Assembly: GCA_053919585.1 (NCBI GenBank) | Contig: CM132820.1 | DNA length: 64,000 nt | Source: Euprymna scolopes | Taxonomy: Eukaryota | Direction: 5' to 3' (one strand) | In this document: positions 14,270 to 26,220 of the stretch, one piece after another | How positions within the stretch are numbered: position 1 is the first letter of the stretch | Layout: each line of letters begins with the position of its first letter | Translations under genes and position numbers: made by a program | The notes under the pieces: generated by a model | The model's input: the letters and a program-made list of their open reading frames with translations, nothing else | The model's database searches: none | Told to the model about the DNA's origin: nothing

Positions 14270-14530
14270 TGCCCCCGATGGTGCGGGTTAAATAGAGCTG
14301 AAATGAAAAAGATAACGGAATACCAAGATCTTCTGTGTGACATGAATAGAAACTGGAATCTTAGGAAGATCTCTATAATTCCAATTATTATAGGAGAAAC
14401 TGAACTCATGAAAAAGATTTTTTTTAAATTACCTGCACATATACCCGGTAAATCAAGTTCAAGAGAGAATCAGCAAATTTCACTTAAAAAGAATGGTCAG
14501 AATATTAAAAAGATCTCTCGGTTTGAATAC
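14270..14530 (+). pseudogene. Restriction-like endonuclease (R2/R4/NeSL-group non-LTR) C-terminal relic
   Basis: KITEYQDL...NW....IIPIIIG resembles the K..KY.DL...W....P...G RLE motif. Confidence 0.6.
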
Positions 14531-14533
14531 TGA

Positions 14534-14691
14534 CAAATTCCTGTTGAACCGTCCCCTTAAGTAAGACACTTTATCAAATCTCCAATACTAACGATTACTA
14601 CGATACTATCCCATTGATTACTGTACACGCAATAACCCTTATCCCCGAGTGGCTTCCGGGCCTTGATAAGTGGTGACTACCTTGTAAAAAA
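14534..14691 (+). mobile_element. CR1-group LINE 3' UTR fragment
   Basis: acccttatccccgagtggcttccgggccttgataagtggtga + A tail, as in the other copies. Confidence 0.85.
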
Positions 14692-15187
14692 TATATCTGA
14701 GTTAGCGAGTGAATGTCTGGCATTCGGTAGAATGCTCCATCCCCAGCTTGAAAGAAACTGATAAGAAAATATAAAATAGATATGCATTAAAGAAATAGAT
14801 GAGTGTTTTGTTGGTTTTATGAGTTCTAATTCAAATAATTAACACGGAATTATTTTCAAAAATGTATTATTTGAGGAATATTTTAATATGTATTTTGCTG
14901 GATTAAAGTATATTGGAAAAAACCTTTAGGAACCCATTTTTAGTATAATAATATGTAACACAATGCAAGAAGTCCGATGTTACTCGGTTATAAAATTGAA
15001 TACTTTTAAGTGTATTTTTTTTTTCTTTTTGCTAAGTAGAATATTTCTGTACAAGTACGTTATTCGATCGAACGGCCATTCAGAAATTCGCAATTAAACT
15101 CATCGAGTGAACTTGGTAAGAAAAAAAAATATTAGCGAACGAAATTGGGATACAAATGCATTAAACCGTGTTCTAAATGGGGGGGAA

Positions 15188-15260
<73 letters not shown>

Positions 15261-15825
15261 AATGTGCACTTGTATGATTGGAAATAAACGAGGACAAAGG
15301 TATTTTTATTTAAGAGCGTTACTTACCTTTCGTAATGTTTCATATACAGTTAACTGCTTAAATCCTGATAATTTAATCAGCATTTAAAAGAGAACACGTT
15401 TTTTTGCCTCATAAGAATTTCTTCCATTCAAGCCATCATCATAACGATGTACTTAACAGCGATAAATATGGGTAAGGCTTCTATAAAGTGTGGTTTTATT
15501 CTATTTTCTTTGCTATAATGTATTTTATCTGTATCTACACATTAGTGGCCTAGCAAAGCCACAAGGAGACAATCAAGCAAGCAAAAAACTAAGCGAAATT
15601 CATGCCAAAGTAGCAAAACAAAAGCTAGCTTGCCAGAACACTATATACACAAATGTAGGAAAGATTTGAGCATATTTTATAGATTTGAAAATGTAGATTT
15701 GTTTTTACAAATTGTAATATAATTTTAACCATAGAATAGTATTATAATCTTCAAAAAGCCTGTTTATGTAGTTTTGTTCCATAGAACCAAAGACATGAGC
15801 ATTTCAATATTCAATTTGACTACAA

Positions 15826-15861
<36 letters not shown>

Positions 15862-15874
15862 ACGCACACACGCG

Positions 15875-16048
15875 CGGCATGATCACGTTAACACATCGGT
15901 TCTCACCAGATAACCGAAGTTAAGCAACGTTGAGCCTAGCTAGTACCAGATGGATGTTCATTTGGGAATTCTAGTCGCTGTATGCTGTATGTACTTTCCG
16001 CTTATCTCTGCATTGTTTCTAGTCATCCTGAATCTCCACTTGCCACTG

Positions 16049-16053
<5 letters not shown>
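15875..16053 (+). mobile_element. 5S rRNA-derived SINE (SINE3-like)
   Basis: cggttctc..gataaccgaagttaagcaacgttgagcc..tagtac..gatgg..tgggaat..gctgta matches animal 5S rRNA, followed by a non-5S tail and (GA)n. Confidence 0.8.
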
Positions 16054-16116
<63 letters not shown>

Positions 16117-16377
16117 ATCTTTTGGGCAATTTAATGTTCAAATCTCAGCGAGTATTGATCAGAATTAAACAAATGAAGACTCGTTGGAAAGATAATCACT
16201 TGACTTGTGTAGTCGGCTATGTGACATTGACCTTCAAGGTCGCACATTAAGACGATCATCCATCATCCAAAGCCTATTTTAGCACATTTTTACGGCGATA
16301 AAATGTTTCCATCATAGTCATTTGTTTTCCAAGTCTTACATATAAACTATAAAATATCCGATATTTTCCCAAAACCT

Positions 16378-16680
16378 CTTGATGGCGGATAGACGCAAAC
16401 CTGGTGCTATGGTTTCAAATGATCTGAAGTAACAGCAAGGGTAGACTTGGTTCCAAATATTTTTCATATGTTATATCGCCCCTTTTTGGTTTTCATACAT
16501 CAAGTAAATTTCACAGTGTATAAGGATTATTTGATACTGAAGATATTCATAATCGTAATCTATTTCCAAAAGAGAAGAGATATAACATTTGAGAAATATT
16601 TGGAACCAAGTCTCCTCTTTTCTGTTATTTCAGATCATTTGAAACCATAGCAGAAAGTTTTAGTCTCCCCTCCATCAAGG
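16378..16680. repeat. Diverged inverted repeat (~85-bp arms)
   Basis: gctatggtttcaaatgatctgaa.taacag..agacttggttccaaatattt is the reverse complement of 16593-16651. Confidence 0.85.
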
Positions 16681-16988
16681 ACAGAGATTTGGGGGATATG
16701 ATGGACTCCATTACAACAACTAAGTTGCTCGGAAATCCACACAGATGACTTTTTCATAGTGGCGAAGGCTTCGTGTAGAACCATCGACACTGTTTGGTAT
16801 TACTGCTAATCTTTGTCGGTGCAGACGACTGTTACGGGACAGAATATGTAGTAAACTGCAAGATTTTACATCAGAGTTTCCTTCTCCTAGATAAATGCCT
16901 TAATGAAGACTGGGTGTGGATCTCTTCTAGTGAATTAATGCGCGCCGCTCCCAGATACCAACTTGGAAATTTCTACGACTCGACGCGG

Positions 16989-17082
16989 TACATATAGCGC
17001 CTAGACTTCCCAAATGGTCACCCATCTGGTACTCGTCAGGCTCAACGTTGCTAAACTTTGATGATCTTGCGAAAACCGGAGA
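16989..17082 (-). mobile_element. 5S rRNA-derived SINE head
   Basis: Minus strand ccggttttcg..agtttagcaacgttgagcc..agtaccagatgggtgaccatttgggaa is 5S-like; continues into non-5S sequence. Confidence 0.75.
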
Positions 17083-17083
17083 G

Positions 17084-17140
<57 letters not shown>

Positions 17141-17146
<6 letters not shown>

Positions 17147-17730
17147 GGAAAAATGCGCGCATGAAAAGTAATATTCTTAAGATTTTATTAAACCTGGAAA
17201 AGTAAAGGACAAGAAATTCAACCTGGAAAAGTAAAGAACAAGATATTCTAGTAAAGTAAAAAATAAGAATTTTTTAGACTTAAAATATTGCAGCTAAAAA
17301 TAAAATTTGAATATTGATAAATATTTTATTTATTATTTGCATATGTTGTTGTTTATTGTTGAGTTAGAAAGGGTTTCAGTCGCTGGATTGAACTTATTTC
17401 CCCCCTATTATTTGCATATATTTATGTAGTGAAAATTGTTTGAATAAAATTAATTCATTAGTTAGTTAGTTAGTAGATGGAATTAATAATTTTATAATTT
17501 ACATAAAAATTAATAATTTTATTATATCATAATTAGGATCATTTAATTCATTTTTTAGCTGCAATATTTTAAGTCTAAAAAATTCTTATTTTTTACTTTA
17601 CTAGAATATCTTGTTCTTTACTTTTCCAGGTTGAATTTCTTGTCCTTTACTTTTCCAGGTTTAATAAAATCTTAAGAATATTACTTTTCATGCGCACATT
17701 TTTCCATATAATCCATGCTTTTTCCAGGCA
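17141..17730 (-). mobile_element. PLE-like relic (family B) with near-perfect ~160-bp inverted repeat
   Basis: 17141-17300 is the reverse complement of about 17552-17711; carries a frameshifted KKHGLYGK-CAHEK tail; homologous to 9840-9975; abuts (TA)n. Confidence 0.65.
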
Positions 17731-17842
17731 TTGCTATTGTATTAATATATAAATTTATAATATTTATTAATGATTGTCAAAAAAAATTAGCTCTCAAACA
17801 CACATTTATGCAATATTTGTCATTCAATCACAGTAGTTCCAA

Positions 17843-18145
17843 GCCAGGGTCTCTACCGAAACTGCGGTTCATGAATTCGTGATCTGTATAGAGCGTAAAC
17901 TAACAAAAAAGAAGATGGCACTCGGTGTCTTTTTAGATATTGTTGGAGCTTTTGACAACATACCCTTCAGTAGTATGTTCAAGTTGCTACGTGAACTCAA
18001 TGTGCCACCAGTACTCATCCGATGGATTGAGTATATGGTGAGGCACAGAACAGTTCAAGTAGAACTACTGAGGGCAACTGTTAAAAGGGAATAGTTAAAG
18101 TGGGATTTTATCACCTTTACTATGGAACTGTATGCTGAATCCTCT
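17843..18145 (+). pseudogene. Non-LTR RT fragment (Loa/R1-like)
   Basis: STETAVHE..IE......ALGVFLDI.GAFDN..F...WI..M motif. Confidence 0.75.
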
Positions 18146-18181
18146 TTTAAAGTTCGGTTATTTAAATATAAAAAAACGATA

Positions 18182-18238
18182 CACGGGATTGAACCTAAAA
18201 TCTTTCCACCAACTCCGGTACTCTAACCGTTATGCTAA
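18182..18238 (-). mobile_element. tRNA-derived SINE head
   Basis: A box TAGCATAACGG and B box GGTTCAATCCC at tRNA-like spacing; no complete cloverleaf. Confidence 0.55.
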
Positions 18239-18547
18239 CATGTCATATTGGCAAAATCGTAGTAAAAAATATTTATATACAAAAAAAAGTTATGCAAAAT
18301 AAAAAAAAGCGTTAGTCACTTATGTACTTACTCTCCTGTTTGTGAACCCACATATTTTGTTGTAACTTTTTTTCTACTGAACCAATTTTCGAAATTTTTT
18401 TTCAAAATGTAGCTAATGAGGTGTTCTATCCAACTATATAACCTGTTTGAAATTTGGTTGCGAACGGAATTAGTGGTGGGGGTTGAATGTGTCTCGATTC
18501 ATTCAATTTCGGACTTAAGCATATATTCAACCACTACCGTGGTTGAA

Positions 18548-18609
<62 letters not shown>

Positions 18610-18860
18610 AGTAAGATGATTGATAATTTGTAATTAGAATTTAAAATTGGTTTCACAAGGAAGAACAAACAAAATCAATCAATTGTACGATCGTTTCGGA
18701 AACTATGTTTTTATTGAGGTAGACAATAAGTCTTGGACATAACTCTACCACACAGTTAATCAATAACAGCATCCCCATTAGCCGATCTAGCAATCAAATA
18801 CAACCAAACCTATTACATACCAATACCACCTCTAATCTAGCTGACAACAAATATATTAAA

Positions 18861-19191
18861 CAAAATGTAATTTACTTCGGTTCCACATCTTATTAAACAT
18901 AGGATTTCAACGCATAAGCACTCCTTTAAAAATCCTTCCTTGAAAAAACAGACTTCTTTATCTAAACATATTAATGATAGAAATATTCCCTTAAATTTAA
19001 AATGGGAAATAAAAGGATCTTATAAAGCATATATGCCGGGATACAGATTCTGTGCACTTTTTAGATATGAAACCTTTAAGATTTTAAAATATGATAAAAA
19101 TAAAACCATTCTCTTAAACTTAAAAGACGAATTTTTTTCGGGATGCATTCATAAACGTTGGTTTAGGTTCGAAAAATTTAAGTCACCATAA
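18861..19191 (+). pseudogene. PLE GIY-YIG endonuclease relic (CxLC..CxH-tail type)
   Basis: NVIY/YFGST collapsed by a deletion, then IKHRISTHKHSF..TSLSKH..W.I....Y.PG..C.L..E..I....LLN...E....CIHK. Confidence 0.85.
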
Positions 19192-19824
19192 ATCATAAAA
19201 TTTTCTTATTACTAATCTATCTTAAAATTTAGAATTTATAAATTAATTATTATAATCATAGTTTTCTTACTATTATTTTTTATTATTTTATCTTACATTT
19301 AACAATTATTTTCTATTTTATTTTATTATCTATTACACTTTGAATTTTTATTAATGCAAGTTCTATAAATATTATAATTACTATTAAAATACTATTATTA
19401 TTTAATTACTACCAATAAGATTCATTTATTACTATTATTGATTTCATAAATATTAATATCTTTAAATCATTATATAAAAATTAACTCATAACTAATTAAT
19501 GGTTATCTCCCCTTATTTTTCCATTCGGCTATAATTATCTCCCTTTGAAGTTGAATTCAAATATAGCGTTACTAACGATTTTAAACTGGTAATATTATTC
19601 TATTGGCGTTTTCTTTGGAAGTGTGTATATATCTACTTTTTCAAGCATTATTTTAACGATTTTTTTATTATTATTTTCATTTTATCTTTATCAACATCAA
19701 AAAAGTAACTATTTTCCTTTATATTTTAAATATTTTCCAGATACATTAAAAGATACATCTGCCTTACTTTAAAAAATGCTAGTTTTATTTTTGGTCTCTT
19801 TAAAAAAAAAAACACCCAATATTT

Positions 19825-19929
19825 TTGCTGATGAGGAAATATTTTTTTCAAAAAACAAAATGATAAAATTATTGTCCAAGACTTGTCGTCTATCTCAATA
19901 AAAACATCGTTTCCGAAACGATCGTACAA
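19825..19929 (+). ncRNA. Type-I hammerhead ribozyme motif with long stem-II insert
   Basis: TTG-CTGATGA(19828-34)-GGAAA...TTTCC(19910-14)-GAAAC-GATC-GTA-CAA; palindromic stem III ACGATCGT. Confidence 0.75.
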
Positions 19930-21279
19930 TTTATTGATTTTGTTCTTCCTTGTGAAACAGATTTTTAATTTTAAATTCTAATTATAAATTATTAATCATC
20001 TTACTTAATATTAAAATAGCTCTATGATATATATGCCTATCGAGCTTATTGTATATCTACATTAAACGAGCACTGTTTTCTTTTCTTTTATTTTATTTTA
20101 ATTGTATTAATGAATTTACTAATGCATTAAAATATACTCTTTTCTTTAAGACCGTTGTTCTAATCCCCTTAAAAAATATATATGTATATATATGTATATA
20201 TTTTGTATATATATTTATGTATATTTTATATATGTGTAGATATGTAGTATATTATATGTCTATATAAAGGCTATATTTTGTAATAAAATGGTGATGTTTT
20301 GTAGACTTATGTGTGTATATATATGTGTGTGTGTGTGTTTTACGAATATAATTCACTGTAAACCTCACAAAGAAACTTTTATAAATCAAGTGATATATGT
20401 ACTAGTCAACACGGTGAGTAGCATGAGCACAGTTTTTTCGTTAATTTTAACACGTAAGGGGGCATGTATCTAATATATAATAGTAATATCGTGTAATAAA
20501 ATGTTAACCGAACCCCTATGCATCAATAATATGTACGTTCGGGATAAACACTGAAACTAATTAAATATCGTTATTAAGTATGGGTTGCTGGTTTTAAGCA
20601 ACGAGATGACTAAAGTTTAATATTTTTATAAAGGTAAGTGTATAGAATTATATATGTAATATTTTTGCAAAAATGAAGACGACGAAATATAAAATAAGAA
20701 CATTTTATGGTGCATTTCCTAATTTATTACAATTGTTTCGTAACCATTTGGGTAAATTTAAATATTATTTTTTTTTAAATATTTCAAAAATAGCTACTCT
20801 TCAGACACCAAAATACTTTGGAAATTTATATAAGAATGTATTCATAATGCTTATTTTAAGGGATCAAGCAGTTGACTCACCTCATTTTATTTCTTTCTTT
20901 ATTTATTTTTTTGATTCCCATCAGATGTAGTAAGTATTCAACTTTCTTACTTTTAGATGATATTCTTATAATTATCTATTTTTATATTCGTTAATGTTTT
21001 TCTATTTTTATATTTTTTCCTCTCTGATTTATTTATTTATTGATTTTACCTCAACTTCTAAACTACACCTTTCAGATTTTAGTCTCTATTTAAATGTCCA
21101 GCTATTTATTTCTCAATTTGCCTTAGTTTCGTATAATTTTTTTTATTTAGATGTTACAATATATTTTTTTCTTTTCCCTTTTACCTGCTATTTTTTAAGA
21201 AAACTATAAATTGAAAAGTTTATTTAAATAATTTTAGTTAATAGTCATCTTCAACTCATACTGGTTATGTAATTAATAT

Positions 21280-21455
21280 GCCTGTGACAACAGCATATTC
21301 TTTTCATTGTTTTGACTCTTGAGTATATATCCGTTAATATCTTATATGTTTTTATATACACTGATGTAGTTCTCAGTTAAGTGTCTGTGTCTTACTGTGT
21401 CCGATATATACTTGACAGTCAGAGGAATGAAAAGACTATTCTGTTGTCACAGCCC
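21280..21455. repeat. Diverged inverted repeat (~55-bp arms)
   Basis: ctgtgacaacag.ata.tcttttcatt..tgact..agtatatatc is mirrored at 21401-21452. Confidence 0.8.
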
Positions 21456-22134
21456 TAGTAATTAATTGTAATGCTAAATCTATCATTTTAGCCTCATTTT
21501 AATATAAACATGATTCGTTTTTTTAATTTCCATATCATTCAGTATATTGAGACAGTTTAAGGAGCATAACTCGATTTTGCCCACATTCATCGATTCATAA
21601 TTTTATCGAAATTCCTTTATATTTTTGATTCAGTATTTTTATTTTTGTCTTTATTAATCTCCAATGCTTAGATTTAAACTTGTAGTTCTTACATTATTCG
21701 CTTTATAGCAATCTAAGTTCAATTTCTCACTTAGTTTATTTCAAACTTATATTCTCATTTAGTCCCTTTTAATCCATCATAATCTGTTCATCGCAATAAT
21801 TTGCAATGACTTAATATTTGATATTTCTTGTGCTGATAAAATGTCTTAGTTGTTAGTTTATTACCAATAACCATTATTTAATTTAAATTTAATTCTATTT
21901 CCCACATGTAGGTTATATTTAGTTTATTTTCTATATGTTAGGTTAACGACTTACTACTTTACGTATTGCACCAGCCTAAATTCCTCGTATTTTACTTACA
22001 ACAAAATACATTAATATTTTTTGTATTTTTATATACATGGTATTTCAACCAGATCTTAGGCGTGATAAGAGGACTTTATTTCTATGTAGACACCTCTGTA
22101 TAACATCAAACTTTTAAAATTTCTTCTTTAGAAA

Positions 22135-22263
22135 GTCACCTGAATTGATTTTTTCAATAAAATTGATTTCTTTCAATAAAATAAAATTGATTTCTTTCGA
22201 TAAAAGTTTTAAAACTGTAGTGTTATTTTCTTTAGGGCGACAACTTTATCGTTCCATCTTGTA
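22135..22263 (+). mobile_element. maT/DD37D-like transposon terminal fragment (TIR)
   Basis: ttttctttagggcgacaactttatcgttccatcttgTA matches the TIRs at 57095 and 63141/63994. Confidence 0.75.
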
Positions 22264-24924
22264 GATAGTAACTCCCACCGGTCCTATGAGAACAGAGCAG
22301 ATACTTATTACGTCCTTCTTCAAACATGATTTTTAAATCTTCATAATAGACCGGGTTTTATACCCGCCCTTTTATAATTACGGGAGCAGAATCAATTGAT
22401 ACAATTATGTGGTTGTATATAACGAGTGTATATACGTGCGTTAATGCACGTCGTGTCAAGCTAATGTATGTGTGTATGGAATCGATGCTCGTATGTCATG
22501 TATATATCTTTGTCTATGTATGTCTAGTGTATATATAAAGTAGACGTGTTTCTCTAATCGATGCTCGTGTATCGTCTAGTGGTTAGAATTATAAGGAATT
22601 ACTTTTCTTTGTATATGAGTTGTTTGTACCTCCCGATCTGTTACGCATACAATTAATAGTCTTTCTATGTGTGTGTGTATGTGTGTGTGGGGGGGCTGTT
22701 TTCACATATTTACAAAAATAACGAACGGGACAGTAAACGGACAGTCTTTAACAAATGGCGAANNNNNNNNNNNNNNNNNNNNNNNNNNNNNNNNNNNNNN
22801 NNNNNNNNNNNNNNNNNNNNNNNNNNNNNNNNNNNNNNNNNNNNNNNNNNNNNNNNNNNNNNNNNNNNNNNNNNNNNNNNNNNNNNNNNNNNNNNNNNAG
22901 GCACCTCAAAATGAAGGCATTCTTCTTCTCAAAATGCCGAGTTATCTTTATTTCCAAAATGTTCAACGCCTTGAAATCTGCAGCTCTTATCCCTCTATTT
23001 TCCTTAGTTGGTTCGTAGATGCTTCTATGAGACCAGCCCTGTCCGCTCCAACCCTCTTCCAGACTAATTCTTAATTCTCATTTCTCCCGGCTTACATGTC
23101 TCTTATGTCAGCCAGAGAGAACAATCTTGTTTGTCACGTATGTAGAATTATTAATTTTCTTTCACTGTCAATTAAATCGCTTTGCTTGAATAAGCGCAAT
23201 GATACTCTGCTCTTTTTTTCTGTTCGTTTTAAACTCTTTCCTTTTCTTTCTTTTTTTTTCATCCAAGTTTTACCGTCTGCGCTGCCGCGTCTCTTTTTGA
23301 TCACTCGGTAAAAATTGAAACTGCAGAAGTACGGACTTTCTAACTGAAAATTCGAACTGTACTGTCTAGCAAATGCATGTGCGTCCCCTATTTATTTTAA
23401 GGTAAGTGTGTGAGGTGGTAACCCCCGTTTAATGGTTTGCACTTAAAATACACTGATTTCTCTCGTGACCCTTTGCTGCATGCAGGTGTGCTCATTGTCA
23501 ATGGAAGTCAATGGGTTTGATCTATGTAACCGGTACTCCCTTGAACCCCATCGCACTACATACCATTTCGCACTAATCGCGCTATTCATGTCAGAGACTC
23601 CATAAAGCTTGAAACCTAATTGGTCCCATTATTGCCACAATTACAGTTAAAAGAAATCGACGCAACAAAGCAGCAAGGTCCAGAGAGAATCAGTAAACGA
23701 AATAGGCTATTAAAACCGAAATAACATGAGAAAATAAAGTTAACACAGATCATGCCTGAACGTAAATTAACTAATTCTATTTACGGTTGATTCTTTTTTC
23801 GTGTTATCTTATGGTCAAGGTAATTTGCGTAAAGGTTTCACAAAAGGGAAGAATTATTTTTTCTTTTCTAATTTTTGGTTATTTTATCTACTTCAGTGTG
23901 ACACTAAGTACATTAAAGTTTTGTTGTTTTTTTTTTTTTTTTACTTAGAATGAGATTTTCAATTTTAACTAATAGTAATGAAGTACTCTAACTATTTTTT
24001 TCGAAAGTCTTCATTATTCTAATCATCGCTTCGAATTTATGTGTCTGCTAATGACCTTTGGCATCATTATTTCATACAATCTAAATAATGTGAGAATGCA
24101 TATCCCATCAATTCTTTCTGTATACTTTGAATAACCAGTAATATTCCTTTGCGTGGTATTCTCCCAGCGATGGGTATTTCTTTTTTCCACGAACACGCAT
24201 TCGCACACGATTCCTCTCAGCATGTCTATCCCAGTTTGAGAAGATGACGTACAGCGTTTATCACAGAGATTCTTAATCTTTCTTGGCCACCATTTGCAAA
24301 AATGTAACCCCATCCCCCATTTCCTGTCCTTTCCAAAATTACTTGTACAAAAAACATTCACTGCTCTGCTATTTCACGTGCTACGACAGTTTGACTTTCT
24401 TCTTTGAAATCTTAGTTGCGTTATTATTCAAATAAGCCGCGTAGTATTTGCTTCGAATAAAAAGAATACATTTAATAATATTGGCGCTTCGTGACAAGAA
24501 CTCATACTACAACATGAAGCACATCGATATCGTGGCATGTATCAGTTACTGTATGAAAGGGGAAATATTATGCTATCGCTTAGACTTTACTTGGAATTGT
24601 ATTGAAATTACAGAATAAAATCAATTTACTTCATCGGCATGTATAGTTTTTTTCAGAGCTCTGTCATCTTACGTTTCACGTGAAAGTAGATCCGCATCTG
24701 ATAAAGAGGATGATGTTGGTCACCTGGGATGCTGACAGCGATTAACGGGCTCAGATCCTGGACTGCAACTGTGGCACTTTGAATCAGATCTATTTCAATT
24801 TAACTGCATTTGAATCATGTGATAATTATAAACCAATCAAAAGATACTGTTCATGTCGCCATTTCCGCTTATCCTAACTTCTACAACTCCACTGAGGCAT
24901 AGTTTATCTGTGGTTTATGTTACA

Positions 24925-26220
24925 CTAGCAGGGATATCCAACGTTGTCCAGGATCGAATGAGAATCATAAATGTTACACCCTATCATACTTTTATTGTCA
25001 TCGGAATCGGCGAAATCAACCTTTTTAATCAAATCGAATATTTGTTTGCTCTAGTTAGAGACCCTCCCCAGCAGTATACCGAGTGGAAACTTCACATGCC
25101 TCGCTGTAGTGACTTACTTCACAATACATTATAGTTGACATTGCACTGTAGAGAATCTACTGTTGATTTTATTAAATTATCAGCAAATAATGACTTCACT
25201 TGAAGTTGAAAATTCAAAAGTCAAGTAATATTGTTCAGTTGTGCTTCAAACGCGCCCCTGTCTTATCAAAGATCCAATTGTTGATTTTATGAAATTATTT
25301 CTACATAATCACTTGAAGTTGAACGTATAAAAGTTATAGACCATGGTTCAGTTGTGCTAAAAAAATAAGTGTTCATTTCGAACGTGCCTATGTCTTATAA
25401 AAGAATCTACAGTTGATTTTTCGGCTGAGCTTTTCTGCTTGTGCGGTGATAAAACTTCTGAAGTGCACTTATAATGTTAGGTTGTATAAAAATGTTTACT
25501 TTCGTCAGAATCGGACTTCCTTCTTTAATCGGATCTTTCGATTATCGATTTTCCGATACAATCCCTACGTAAGAACTCTCCTAGATATATCAAGACAGAG
25601 TACAAAATAGACTTCGTGGCTTGGTGGGGGATGCCCTTTTCTCTTCCCTGTAACCTCTTTCCCACAGAAAAGACGTAGCGAGCCTGTCTTTGTTCTATCG
25701 TTATTTCCATGGCAAGTGCTCGTCTGAGCTCCATTCTCTGCCCCCCTCGCCAATCTTTTTTCAAAAAACACCCGACTAGCTGAAACCACCGTCAATAATT
25801 TTCCCCTCTCCTTATCTGTGCCTAAATCAAAACGTAGATTCCATGAACAAAGCTTCTATCTTAGAACTGCACGCCTGTGGAACTCTGTTCCGCTTGCCTG
25901 TTTCCCTCCCGACTTCGACCTCGATGTCTTCAAGTCCAACACAAACAAATTCCTGATGAACCGCCCCCCTAAGAAATGACATCTCACAATTTTTCCAATA
26001 CTATTGCTACACTATCCCATTGATTACTGTACACACAATAACCCTTATCCCCGAGTGGCCATTGGGCCTTAATAAGTGGTGAACTCCATGAAAAAAAAAA
26101 GAAAAAGTACCTTTCTGTGATGTATCAGAAAAATCGTCCGAGCCGTTTCTGAGTCGATAAGGAACAAACTCACACATACGCAGTCTTACACACGTATTAT
26201 TTTATATATAATAGTACAGA
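24925..26220 (-). mobile_element. Non-autonomous Helitron with nested LINE fragment
   Basis: Minus strand begins A|TCtgtactattatatataaa and ends in an imperfect hairpin + CTAG|T, i.e. inserted at AT; internal ~125-bp tandem duplication near 25150-25420. Confidence 0.7.
25593..26100 (+). mobile_element. CR1-group LINE 3' fragment
   Basis: Encodes YRYFHGKCSSEL..RTARLWNSVP; family 3' UTR and A tail. Confidence 0.88.

Larger units (their letters stand above)
18605..20010 (+). mobile_element. 5'-truncated Penelope-like element with inverted partial pLTR and HHR
   Basis: GIY-YIG relic 18861-19191, AT-rich 3' UTR, HHR 19825-19929; 18605-18740 is an inverted copy of about 19872-20010; directly follows (TA)n. 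Confidence 0.85.

Noticed and set aside
15875-15985. Functional 5S rRNA gene
   Set aside because: Too diverged, 5' end eroded, no oligo-T terminator, and it continues into a shared SINE-like tail.
18940-19191. Selenocysteine recoding in the PLE endonuclease
   Set aside because: No in-frame TGA at Cys positions in this fragment.
22900-24361. Possible L1/Tx1-like ORF2 remnants on the minus strand
   Set aside because: Only vague motif resemblance; no diagnostic RT or EN residues seen.
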